A DNA stretch of 64,000 bases from the NCBI GenBank assembly GCA_002633005.1, contig NMRA01000223.1:466426-530425 (forward strand), in the 5' to 3' direction. The notes below the pieces were generated by a model. It made no database searches. It had not been told where the DNA came from and worked only from the letters and a program-made list of their open reading frames with translations. Shown one piece after another: positions 12,918 to 24,858 of this stretch. The DNA comes from Phoronis australis. Lineage: Eukaryota > Animalia > Phoronida. Numbering within the stretch: the stretch's first letter is position 1; each line of letters starts with the position of its first letter. Both the position numbers and the translations under genes were made by a program.

Positions 12918-13176
12918 ATGGCGGGGAACTATGAAATGCTAGAGGTTATAGGTTCGGGAACTTTTGGACGTGCTTGGCTCGTTAAGTCCAAACAAAATCA
13001 TCGGAAGTATGTAATTAAGGAAATTAAAGTTTCAGGAATGTCTGCGAAGGACCGCGAGCAAGCTCTGACAGAAATAACCGTGCTTGCTCGTTGCAAACAC
13101 GTCAATATCATTCGCTACAGAGAGGCGTTTCTCGAAAATGGCATGCTCAATATAGCAATGGAGTACGCGGAACGAG
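12918..13176 (+). CDS. NIMA-related Ser/Thr kinase (NEK1/4/5-like), exon 1
   Basis: MAGNYEMLEVIGSGTFGRAWLVKSKQNHRKYVIKEIKVSGMSAKDREQALTEITVLARCKHVNIIRYREAFLENGMLNIAMEYAER; GxGxxG loop, VIK lysine, alphaC Glu; donor g|gtggat. Confidence 0.95.
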
Positions 13177-14750
13177 GTGGATCATTTGTCATTAACGTTC
13201 AATAGTATTTAAGTATAGAAATTCAAATTTGTTTGCAGTTGAGACAAATTATATGCATTTTCAATCTACAATTTAAAGATAAATGACAGTCATACTGTAC
13301 ATGCCGGAGGTTTTTTGGTAAATTAAGTCTTGCCCCGGCTAGACCATCAAAGTAAGAACTTTTCAAGCTTAGAGGGACAACTTCTGGAGGCCATCGATGC
13401 CCTTCTTACTTGAACAAATATTTGGGCAATCTAGATTTCTTTCTGACAAGTCCCTTCGTCAATAACAAAATTGTTACTGTTAGGATAGTTGCCCCTTCCC
13501 CTCCTGTCATACTTGTACTCAAGATATGTTCGCCTCTTTCTTACAGTGATATTTTTCCCACCTCCCATACCAGGTGCTTTCCTTAATTATCTCCTTGTCA
13601 TTTTTGCACTTTGTTTTCGTTAAGACTTTCACAAGGATATACTGTTTCTGACCAGGTTTGAACCTGTGCTCTGTGGGCGCACCTGATGATAAAAAAGTTG
13701 TTCCAAACAGACTTAGTGTATATAAAGTGGTAACATGTGAAACAGACACCCCAATGGCAATCGAATTAAGAACAGAATCATGTTTTACCCGACTGGCAGT
13801 AAGTTAACTAGAATCGTGCATTTTTGGAAGAGTGCTGTGCTTTAAAAGATGTGCCCAAGGAGCGCACTGCAGCAATGTACTTGACCCTTTTATTTTTTAT
13901 GCACTAATGGTGCAAAGGCGCAGGTTATGTTTAGGCCCGTTATATTGTTTTATTTTTACTTGTATTCTCAATTGTGTCATTCTAGCCGGGGCTCTAGGTT
14001 TCACATATACCTGCCATCTTGCAGTCTCTGCTCTTGTTTTTACTCTGCAATGTTCTAGTTGCTCATATCATAACCCTGTGGCATAATACATTCTGGTAAA
14101 AATTCATTAGAGTACATTCGCGATGTTGTAACTGCGGAGAAATGGGACAGAATATCCTAGAAGTCTACATCAGATTTCCTAGTAGTCTACTATTAAACAA
14201 CAGAACGAAGAAATCTGTCAGAAAGAAAACAGAGAATACTATTTGTTCAAGTTAGGAAGATTCAAAGATATTGATGGCCCTCAAACATATCCTAAGTTTT
14301 GAGATGTACTTGTAGAAACATGACTGGTCGTTTAGCTAAGGTGAGGTGTACTTTGCTGAAAAGCGTTGCGATGGCTTAGCTAAAACGAGGCTAGCCCGTT
14401 AGCTAGCTGTTTTCCAGACTGCTTTGTATTAAGGCTACCTAGTAGGTAAGATGTAATTTTTCGATTTGGGATATTGCCAGGTTGAAAGCATGTTGCCAGG
14501 TTGAGACGATGATGCAAACCATTGTTTTGTTTCACATTTTTTATGTAATCTTCGTTTTCCTTATTCATTATGTCAATTTTAGTTTTCATAATTTCACACA
14601 TTAGCAAACCTAATTCTTGCTACAAGGGACTTTAACTATATGTATGTAACTAGATTATCTGACTGCAAACTTCAGGTGCTCATTAAGCTCTGTTTAGTGC
14701 ACACCTCTCTCGGGGCATATGCTATGGCCATTAAAAGTACTGTTGACAAA

Positions 14751-14826
14751 TTAGTCAAATAACAGCCAATCACAGAGCAGCTAGCCATTAGTCAAATAAC
14801 AGCCAGTCACAGAGCAGCTAGCCATT
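14751..14826. repeat. 37-bp tandem duplication
   Basis: ttagtcaaataacagccaatcacagagcagctagcca twice, one mismatch. Confidence 0.85.
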
Positions 14827-15137
14827 GATGCAGTAGAAAGATTGGGAACATCACACAACTTCCTTCAAGGTTTATTTGATAGTAGAGCAAGTGAATGGCT
14901 GTAGAAGTCCGACCCTTTCTTAAAATATAGCGCGCATTCTAAAAAGAAGTAACTAAGCATCCATGCTGCAGTCAAGCTCAACGTTATGATTTGTGGAAAA
15001 ATTGTCTTACAGAAACATCTCGCTAAAGGCTTGATATGTCAGTCTCACGAATTTTGGATTTGGTGACGTATCAAAGTGTCGCATTGATTTTTTGTAGCCC
15101 ATTAATGATTAAATATTGAAGCATTCCCTCTTTCAGT

Positions 15138-15373
15138 AAGCCAAAGGTATTCAGACAAAATGACCTCCACTTCCCCATCATAATAGTTAGATGAAAGCCA
15201 AAGGTATTCAGACAAAATGACCTCCACTTCCCCATCATAATAGTTGGATGAAAGCCAAAGGTATTCAGACAAAATGACCTCCACTTCCCCATCATAATAG
15301 TTGGATGAAAGCCAAAGGTATTCAGACAAAATGACCTCCACTTCCCCATCATAATAGTTGGATGAAAGCCAAA
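15138..15373. repeat. 57-bp minisatellite, about 4.1 copies
   Basis: aagccaaaggtattcagacaaaatgacctccacttccccatcataatagttggatga at 15138, 15195, 15252, 15309; explains the repetitive ORFs 15071-15400 and 15102-15341. Confidence 0.97.
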
Positions 15374-15612
15374 TTCATCGTCAGAAGAGTTCTCTCTCAT
15401 GACCGAGAATGAAGAGGAATTGATAGAAAGTTAGTAATATGGCTAAGACATTCTGTAATTTGAATTTTGCCACCCTAATAATTGTTTTTGCTTTTCACAG
15501 AATTGGCGGTCATGACTGGATAGCGGTATTTTGTCTGATTACTTCTGTCTTGTACTGCATACGCCCAAAGGTAATGTTTGTCAAAGCTTATCACGACAAT
15601 TTTGTTTTCCAG

Positions 15613-15665
15613 GTGATTTGAACAAAAAAATTCAAGATCAGAAAGGCCAGTACTTCACTGAACAG
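15613..15665 (+). CDS. NEK-family kinase, exon 2
   Basis: ttttccag|(G)DLNKKIQDQKGQYFTEQ|gtgac; compare NEK1 GDLFKRINAQKG. Confidence 0.92.
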
Positions 15666-16374
15666 GTGACGACCTGTCTCATTTTAGACTAATTTTTTAA
15701 CTTAATCCGTGAAAATTTTATCTTGGCAGGTTTGTGCTTCGTGAAGAATTTTGCTACTAATAACATTGAGTTGGCAAGGCTGTAGTTTTCACTGCTTGTA
15801 TCCAGTTATTTGAGAATGGAGCCACAGCTAGTGAACCATGAACTTTGTGTTGCACCCCATAGGGGTCAGGTCAAAATAGCCAACTTCAAGTCTGCGAACC
15901 TAGCTAAGCATGAAAAGGCAATAAATGAATTCCATTCGGGCAACTCGCAGATGTTATACACAGTGTTTTCCGCAACAGAAAATTTGAACTTGACTGGAAT
16001 TACAAAATGTAATGTACTTGTACGTGTTTGAAAGTCCATTCCCTGCTGTGAGGAGTTTTTGTGCTGTCTTGGACTATATGCATTCAACTGGTACCACAAA
16101 TCCAAAATGTCCTATTTTGCTTAAAAAATGGCTATTCAGTAAGGTTTTCAAACTTGACAAAAGTAAGCCAATCTCGTGACGACGTGATTTTAACTGGATG
16201 CAGTAACTGGTCAAAACAGGCTGTGGAGAACACTGATGCATCATGGTGTGAATTTCATTACCATCTCGTGATACTGAGAAAGCCTTGAATTTTTTCATGG
16301 GACTATTTGAAGATTTCATTAAGATGGCTTGAAGGATATAGTGACGTCTTCTATTGTGTGATGTTTTATTTTAG

Positions 16375-16447
16375 ATCATTTTGGATTGGTTTGTCCAAAT
16401 CTGCTTTGGTCTACGGTACATCCACAGCAAGAACATAATTCACAGAG
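16375..16447 (+). CDS. NEK-family kinase, exon 3
   Basis: tattttag|IILDWFVQICFGLRYIHSKNIIHR(D)|gtttgt; hallmark NEK ILDWFVQI motif. Confidence 0.95.
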
Positions 16448-17070
16448 GTTTGTTGTCTTATTTAATACATGACATTCAAAAATGTCTCACATTCATTGAT
16501 ATTTGCATGTTTTGTGCCCGGCAATTATTTTTTGACAATTTATGCGCTGAAACAATTTAATGTCTGAGATGTGAAACAAAGAGAATCATTTGAAGATTTA
16601 AGATGCACCCTTATGACATGGTATTGGAGATGTAGAAACTGATTTTACAAAAGGTGGCGCTGAGCACAGAAATACGTTACTAATTTTATCCAGTGTATAT
16701 TATTGTGTCTATGAAACATGCTATATACAACTCTTTAGTGTTGTGAAGTCATAAAAGGATGTTTCACTTTACCCAGTGTCTGATTCTGGTGTGCATGACA
16801 TGATAAGGTGACAGGGATGAAACAATAAATTTTTTGAGATGCTGGGCAGTTTTATTGAAATGGTTTGAATAAACCACAGTGACTGTACAATAAATAGGGG
16901 GACGATTTGCAGTATGATGGTCGAAAAGAAATTAATATAAAAATCCTAGGAAATACCCTTCTGCATTAAATCCACACAAGTATGCAGAATGATGTCCAAC
17001 TACGCTATATAGCCATCAGGATGGCTATTCAGAGCTGTGAATTGGTAGAATCCTAGAAGGATACTAAACT

Positions 17071-18086
17071 CCGTCATCTCCGTCCGTCCGTCCGGGCGGC
17101 GTCCGGCGTCCGCTGCTCTATCTCCAAAACCCTTTGACATACGTTCATGAAATTTGGCAAATATGTTCCATTCATGAATTGGACGGCATGTGCGAACTTT
17201 CGGATGGATCCGACTACCGGTGTGCCCCCTAGTGGCAATTTTAGTTTTTTACGCTTACCTTTGTATCTTCAAAAGTCCTGAACGGATTTTCATGAAATTT
17301 GGTATGTAGGCACCTATTAGTGAGATGACGCTATCCTCCCGTTTACGGATGGATTTGACATAGTTTGCGCCACCTAGTGGCCATTTTTAGTGTTTTCAAG
17401 TCTGTTTTTGTGCGTCCACCCCTCTATCAAACAAACCGCTCAAAGGATGATTGTGAAAATTGGCATGTATATGCTTACTATGTAGAGGACGGTTGACGAT
17501 GATTTTCCGACGATTTCGACTCTTGTGGCGCCTCCTAGTGGCAGTTTTGTTTTTTTTTGCGCCTATGGCTGTATCTCCCAAACCGTTTGCAGGATCTTTA
17601 CTAAATTTAGCAAGTGTATTTATGTGATGTTGACAACGGACGATGACGACTTTAGGATGATTCTGACTACCGGTATGCCTCTAGTGGCAATTTTAGTATT
17701 TTACATTGACCTCTGTATTTTCATAGGTCTTCAGGTGTATACTTTGTGTTACTTCGTGACTATGAAGGAAAAGTTCCAAGTAGAAATTTGTTTCTGGCTT
17801 TCTAATGCTGTGCTAATCTCGTATGTTGGTAAATTTGTTTTTAATTCTATGTTTCTGTGGTGCTTTAAGCAACTGATGTATGGGATGTGCTTGTATTATG
17901 AAGATCACTCACATTTTGCCCCTAGCCTATTGAGGAGACAATGACCATCCCTTTCCATTTTGCACAGTACAACATACTACATATATGCCCTCTACTGGCC
18001 ACTTTATGGTACCAATAAACAACCCTAGAAGGATACCGTATACGGTGCAATTGTGGGCGCATTTCAACGCTCTGCGTTGCTCTTGT
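17071..18086 (+). mobile_element. Non-autonomous Helentron-associated element (HINE/DINE-1/pearl-like), young, 5'-truncated
   Basis: (gtcc)n microsatellite, internal ~145-160-bp subrepeats, 3' subterminal IR tgtgggcgcat, terminal hairpin caacgctctgcgttg then ctcttgt. Near-identical to the copies at 27101 and 32335. Confidence 0.85.
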
Positions 18087-18586
18087 ATATCCTATTAACA
18101 GTCATACTTTACAAAGACTAGATCACTTCGAAATAAAGTAATGCTCTGTAGCCATTTTCAACTGTCAGAAGTAAAGGAGTACTTTATTTGAGAATGCCAT
18201 ACAAAGTCCATTTTGAGTGACATTGGTTGGAAAAGACTGCCACACAGCCCAACTTGTGATGTCACTATGAATAGTATTTTTTCCGATGAATAGTACTTTT
18301 AAATTATCTCTTGGTACATTTCAACCTGTTTTGGATGAAGTCATAAATGCATGATTTAATTTTGTGTTAAAATATGTTAACTTCAAATTCAGCTGTTCAA
18401 ATTTGATATATTGCATTCGCAGCACATATTAGTCTGTTGTGGGCTACTCAAGTTTCCAAGCATTGGGGTGAGTTGCATACTTTAGCCACTACACAGCTAA
18501 GCTCCAGTTAAAGTTTAGTGTCTGATCTATTGTTTTGATTTTCTTACTTGGTATCTAATTGAAAACTTATGTCGCTTTACTTTCAG

Positions 18587-18740
18587 ATCTCAAAACACAC
18601 AACATATTTCTGAGTGGGAATAACGTCGTCAAGATTGGTGACTTTGGGATATCCCGTGTACTGGCCGACAGTCTGGATCACGCCTGCACTGCTATTGGTA
18701 CACCGTATTACTTGAGTCCAGAAATATGCCAGAGACAACC
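18587..18740 (+). CDS. NEK-family kinase, exon 4
   Basis: ctttcag|(D)LKTHNIFLSGNNVVKIGDFGISRVLADSLDHACTAIGTPYYLSPEICQRQ(P); HRDLK, DFG and GTPYYLSPE motifs intact. Confidence 0.97.
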
Positions 18741-20342
18741 GTATCCTTCATGTCATTAAGGCAGCTTTATACCCCTGCTTTCCATCAAAAAAGAAGTTTT
18801 GATTTAGGTCCCCTTACCATTATAGAATCGGTCTCAAATTTTTCTTTATTCAAATTTGAGGTGATTTTAGGTATTCAAAGGAACTGAGAGTCCGTTATTG
18901 CTTAAAACCAGGCTAATAAAATTTCAGCTTGCAAGTTTTGTGAGTTGAGTCTGAAGAAATAATGATCAATTAGTTATTGAACTCATCACTCATAACCTGA
19001 GTAAGGAACAGGATACGACCACTTATAATGTTAAGTTTCACAAATCAAAAAACTTTTTTGATGAAAAATACAGGTTCAACGCCTCTTTAAGTATATTTAA
19101 AAATTTCTAGCGTAAATTCAATTTACCTGGAAATTACTTGGAATATACTTTTAAACACTACTTATTGCCACTACTTTTTAAAGTGCAGTAGTTGCTTATA
19201 ACTTGATTCTAGTCTTAGTTAAGTGTTCATTAAGTTGTTTTTCCCCAGGTTTTTGAATGTTAAAAATTTAATGCAGTTAACATTCAACATCGACAGGTAC
19301 TTTCCCATTTCTGTGCGCATTTTCTATTACACATACGTCAGCGGCCTAGTTGTTTTTTATTTTGACCTGACACTTCTAAAGTCGTGTAGTTGTAGCTCAA
19401 TGCAGATTTTCTATTCTGCTTCAGCGATAAATTATGGTGGTAGATGATCGATTGTTCCATTGCCATACTCACATCAATGCCGAACACTATTCTAATAGTG
19501 TCACCCCGGATCACACTTCAGTAGAACTCTCCTTTGTTTCGGACACTGTATCAACCTTGTTTTACTAATAATACTCTGACTGGTTCATGACATTAGAAAA
19601 CTTAAAAATGAAAATTAGTTACCTGGGACATCTGAAAAAAAACATCCAAAAATAGCTTCCACGAGTTGTTCTTTCTTTTGGAAAGGAGTGAGGGGTGGGG
19701 GTTCTCCTTGGATTCAAAATAACTTAATCTGGAAAAAGCAGGTTTTTGAAGTAGCCCTCAGGTGAGTCTTTCCGAAATACCTGGCAATGAAGTCTATCAG
19801 TGTTTCGCCTGTGTTTTGAAAGGAGTGTAGCGAGATAAAATGGTTTTGTTTAACAAGACTAAAAGTTCAAAATCCTATCTTAAATTATTGTTTTTCCAGT
19901 TGGACCCACAAAGATAGATAGTAGCCCTGTAACTTATGTATAGAATATTCATTTTCACTGGCAATTGTTGCGCACCGGTTAAGTGTTCCTGTAAGGATGA
20001 GGTGTTTGGCAGTCAATTTGAGCAAGATTACGAGTGGTAGGGCCAAAAAGGAGCGTGGTGGGCTGTCCAGATTTTTATACACAGGGGAAACATCGTCTAT
20101 GTTCCTACTTAAGTATTCTCTGGAATTTGAAATTCACAGTTGTATATATTATGCTGTACTTAGTGAGGTCAAAAATTGATTAAAAATTCGTTTTAACTTC
20201 AAATGAGGAGTGAGGAGTATGTTTTGGCTTTATGGGAAATGTTTCCGAGTAGTGTAATGTCAAACCAGATTCCATGCCATAGGGATTCAGAAGGAGATCC
20301 ACATGATGCAATAGGTCCATTTTTCCTGACCTATTTAATCAG
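18741..20342 (+). other. U12-type (minor spliceosome) GT-AG intron
   Basis: 5' site GTATCCTTC (U12 consensus RTATCCTT); branch-like ttttcctgac ending about 12 nt before the AG, with no polypyrimidine tract; splicing restores RQPYNCKSDMW. Confidence 0.85.
18760..19086. mobile_element. TTAA-flanked MITE (Kolobok- or piggyBac-type target site)
   Basis: TTAA at 18756-18759 and 19087-19090; imperfect terminal inverted repeats (cctgctttccatcaaaaaagaagttttgattt vs aaatcaaaaaacttttttgatgaaaaatacagg). Confidence 0.6.
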
Positions 20343-20480
20343 GTACAACTGCAAGTCCGACATGTGGGCCGTTGGCTGTGTTCTATACGAGATGTGTTCT
20401 CTGCGATATGCCTTCCAGGGAGATAACTTCACCAGCTTAGTGCTGAGAATCATGGAGGGCAGATATGACCCTATCCCCAG
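20343..20480 (+). CDS. NEK-family kinase, exon 5
   Basis: (P)YNCKSDMWAVGCVLYEMCSLRYAFQGDNFTSLVLRIMEGRYDPIP(S)|gtaact; kinase subdomains IX-X. Confidence 0.96.
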
Positions 20481-20905
20481 GTAACTGTTTTTGGATGCCA
20501 CAGACTGATTCATCAATAGTTTTAAGAAACAAATTCATAGAAGTTTTTCTCGTCAAAATTTTAGGGCTTAAATGTCAACTAATTTTCAAATGATTTTTTG
20601 TTATTTTTTATCAGGTGTCCTTGGTTTTCGTCATAAACTTTGTCATTGCTATATACACTGCAGTCACAATTATTTCAATTTTCACAAGTGTGCCAAACAC
20701 ATTTTGGCATCAGGGGTCAAAGACAAAATTCATCGCTTCACGTTTTTGAAAGCCTATAGTCTAAATGCATGGAGAATTAATAAAAATAATCTTGCGATGC
20801 TCCACACCTGTTCTCAGATGGACACCATCACACATATGTTTCTATTAAAGATACATATTAAAAAAATTATTTCACATATCCTAATTGTTGTTCAACATTT
20901 CGTAG

Positions 20906-21116
20906 CCACTACTGCCCTCTTCTGCAAGACCTTGTTGGTGTGCTACTGAGGTTAAAGGCCAAAGGTCGTCCATCAGCTGAGCAGCTCCTGATTGTGCCTT
21001 CAATACAGCCTCATGTGCAGAGTTACATCCGGCGACAAAACAAACACAAGGAATTACGCAGCAACTCGGCTTCACCGCACATCTCTCGGCGAAAAATAAG
21101 TGAAGACAAAGAAAAT
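20906..21116 (+). CDS. NEK-family kinase, exon 6
   Basis: tttcgtag|(S)HYCPLLQDLVGVLLRLKAKGRPSAEQLLIVPSIQPHVQSYIRRQ...SEDKEN|gtaag; subdomain XI RPS motif. Confidence 0.9.
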
Positions 21117-22364
21117 GTAAGAACATCTTGTTTGACCTTTCAATGATCTCATTTTTCATGCATAACGTTACGTAACAAATCTCTTAACTTGGAAGTGAAA
21201 GTCGTGTTTTCAACATGCCTCTTGGAATTTGTTAAAAATGCTGTCCTTACCATGACATTTAGAAATTTCCATGGTGAAAAAAATTCACAACCGAGAACTT
21301 TTTCTGTGAATGAAAATTTTCATTGACTAAAATACAATGCATATTGTCGTAAAGGTAATGGGCAATCTTTGAGAAACCCTTTCTCGTTTCTTCAAATATT
21401 AACTGCAAATCATCAACCCATAAAAGTGTAGGTTTTCAGAATAATCGATGAGTGAACAATCTTAATTCATTTCTGAAAATATTGCACAAAAAGTTGTAAT
21501 CAAATAACCATCATATCTTTTGGAAAGTGTAATTGTTTACTTTAAACATGAATTTCTAAAAACCTAAACTGCAGGTGGCTGTATTTGAACTATATATAAT
21601 TCTTACTGGTAATATGTAGGAAACCGTGTATTTGTGTATTGATTTTAATACCCCGAAACAACAGTGTTCATTTGTGACAACAGGTATCTCCATTGTTTGG
21701 AGCAGTCAAGAAGCTGAGACCCCATTCTCTTGAGCGCGGCAACATGAGGAAGCATTAATTTTAGCATCAGTGTAAATTTGAAATTGTAAATGATAAAGAC
21801 AAAGTTTTTGTCATGATTATGACTGAATAAATTTGCTTTGATTTATCGGAGTTTGCAGTTGCAACATCTTGAGTGAGGCAAAATGTGGTGGACAGGCTCT
21901 GTAATGAATTTAATGCTACTGTTATGTATATATTGCCTTGTACTTGAAATAAAAACGAGTAAACTAAGTGTACGCAATTTCATGAAAGTTGTTCCGCTCA
22001 CCAATGTCCAAAACTGCTGAAAGTGTTGAAATTAATAAGGTTTGACATTGGCCAGTAAAGATTTACCCCGTAATTGATTGCTATTGGGGTTGTTCCAAAC
22101 ATGCACATATTTTTTTATGAGACTTGCTTAAGGAAATGTTATGGGTAGCAATGAAAATGAAAAATAATTTTTCATACAATGATTTTGTGAATTAGATTTT
22201 TGAAAAAAAATCCATGGAAGTTGACGCTTTATAGTTACCACATTTATGAAAGTTTTTTGTGTGGTGACAACGTTAATATAGGTTTTGTTTATATTTTAAT
22301 TATGGATGAGAATTTTTGCTCGGGTCAACTCATTTATAATAATCCTATCTGCTGATTGTTTCAG

Positions 22365-22490
22365 ATTGCACCAAAAGGTTGCGCCACAGTAGCCAAGCCC
22401 AGAAAATTCTCTGTGGTCACCCCTAAGACAGACCTAGTCTTCCAGCAATGTATTACCAGGTCTTGTGATGCAATGCAACAAAAGAAGGAG
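22365..22490 (+). CDS. NEK-family kinase, exon 7 (non-catalytic)
   Basis: ttgtttcag|IAPKGCATVAKPRKFSVVTPKTDLVFQQCITRSCDAMQQKKE|gtatta; 126 nt, phase 0/0. Confidence 0.7.
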
Positions 22491-24509
22491 GTATTAAGGC
22501 TATTTAGGGGCATCGTTGAAAAGTCTGCACCTTGAACCACCATTTCTGACAAGTCTACACCTTGAGCCAAATATCTACAAAACTACAGAATGATTTAAAT
22601 TCTGTCAGCAAACGTAATTCTGAAAGTAGAAAGCCAGAGTGTAGACTCGAATTTTTGAGGTTTTTTCTTAATTTGTGTAATATTAATTGGGTCACGTTTT
22701 TTAGTAAAATTTAGCAAAGAGATATACGTTGATGGCAAAATGACAGTATCTATAGCATGATAAAATTTTATTTGATATTAATGTTCAGGAGGAGATCTCA
22801 AACAGCTGTTATAGTTTTCTGTTTGTTTTTGCTTTTCTTTTATGCAGCTTTTGATTTTTTTCATGAAAATCATAAAAGTCCTGTTTTTGATAGCTCCTCA
22901 TGCAAATGTGAAATATTTTAAAAGCAATTCCCAACAGTGTTTTGGAGAATAATGCATAAAGCATGATGTAGTATCTGAAAGTTTCATATGAATATGATCA
23001 GTCATATCTGAGATATGATGTTCCAAAATTAACCAAATTTGGACATTTTTCTAAGGTCCCACCTAATTAATTTCTATAAACAGCACTCTTGACACAATGA
23101 CCCTTTGACCCTACAGTAAATCCTGACCCCTGACCCTACATTACCACCTGACCTCTGAACCTGCTGTAACTCTTAACTCAAGAAATATGATCATGCAAGT
23201 AATTGCGAGATGTTGCCATACACGTGATCACTCTCTCGTGAGTGTCTTTGATCCACAAAACGCAACTCTGGCCTACTGTGTTTCAACTACAGTTGAAATA
23301 GATCCTTTAAACACTGTAGCCAGCAGTAATAACTTCAACCCGGGGGGTCATTCATTATAGTGATACACTACAATGTAATGAAAACTCAGACATGTAACTG
23401 ACTGATTTTTTGTAATGGCAACATTTGAGAAAACACTGAATATGCTTTGTATTTATTACTCATAACTGACACTGATTTGAAATTATAGATTGTGAAGTAA
23501 TAGCCATTTGGTGACAAGCTCAGTTATTTCTTTGGCCAATTTATGTCTGTAGCAAAACTTAACGCGATGCTCTTTATTGTGGAAACTCATCGCAATGTTT
23601 GGTTAGAAGACTCCATTTGTCTTGGAAATAGTAATGATGGGTCACAGTCATATACTAAGTGGCTTAGTATTCACTAGGTGAAAAGGCCCTCTTTTTATCA
23701 GCTGATGAGACAAAGAACAGAAGACTGTTTGCCTGTATGAGACTTTGTGTAATATGACTCTCATGTGATTACCTAAAAGCATTTCATACATGTGGTGCTG
23801 TTGTTTTTAAAATCTGCCATCAATTGAATATCGACTATTAAGTAATAGCTACAGCAGTCCCATTCATGTCGTCACTAGAGTTGGGCTGAAACTGTTGTCA
23901 CGTTATTACGTTGACCTGAGACCTCCTAAAATCAGATTATGTTCTTGACTGATGTGTCTTGACACCTCTGTAGTCATGTGTCCACATGGAGCATGGGACA
24001 ACTAGGTTTCTTGAAACCACACTCTACTACATGTACGTGCCAGACATCAATTCCCTCATTGTCATAGGAATACATGTCTTTGGACTACGATGGACTCTGA
24101 CAGTTGTTCTAAAGCAGCTGTGTTACCGCACCTTCTGTACATACAGTCTGGCAGCATGTGTTCTTGTATGAAATCAAAAAAGGTCTTCATTGTAAATTCA
24201 CAAGTATGGGGCATTTTGAATGTTTACCTGAAAAAGGCCTTCATAAATTATGTTTCTTGCTTTACAAGGCCACGGTTTTACTGACGTTTTTTCAGCAAGG
24301 AAAATCCTAGCATATTAGCCTGTTTGTGTGTGGGGTATTCGCCACTCAATCAGTTGCCAAAGCCAAAGGTGAACGTGCTATGTGAAGCTCCTTCAACTTA
24401 CTGTGAAAGGTGTTATTGAAATGGTTATAATAATCATGAACGCTGCAGTAATAGTTAGTAAACTTTATTTTTGTCTTAATGTTCTTATTACAATTTGATT
24501 TATTTTCAG

Positions 24510-24858
24510 TTGAATATGCAGAAAGTGCCAAAATTCAACCTTCAGAAGGCTATTGCTGAACGTCGTCAAATGAAGGCTACCAGTGTACCATGTGACGATG
24601 TTGACCTTGAATCTTTCCAACCTGCTTCCATCCCGACTTTATTGACAGAAGTAGGTCATGGGCGCGATGGAACTGAGTGCGCCGCTGTTGCTGTTAGGAG
24701 GAAGGATAGTGAGGTCGAAGACAGTGCAGGCAGGGAATGCCAAGTTACAAGGGGAATAGTTAAAGCAATCAAGAGCTACACCTACAAAGTTTCAACCTCT
24801 TGTGAAGAGTCGCCGAAGGTGGAACTAGATGCTGGAAGTACTAAACCACAAGGGGGAG
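24510..24858 (+). CDS. NEK-family kinase, exon 8 (non-catalytic)
   Basis: tattttcag|LNMQKVPKFNLQKAIAERRQMK...GSTKPQGG|gtaagt; long open GC-richer exon, phase 0/1. Confidence 0.8.

Noticed and set aside
15071-15400. ORFs with repeated FGFHPTIMMGKWRSFCLNT or EVILSEYLWLSSNYYDG units, and a CRISPR-like look
   Set aside because: Translations of a 57-bp intronic minisatellite; units are contiguous with no unique spacers, and the DNA is eukaryotic.
17525-17944. Recurrent hydrophobic ORFs (APPSGSFV..., MPLGG..., CYFVTMKEKFQ...) here and at 26-28, 32-33 and 37-38 kb
   Set aside because: All are chance frames of the non-coding HINE repeat; frames are not kept between copies.
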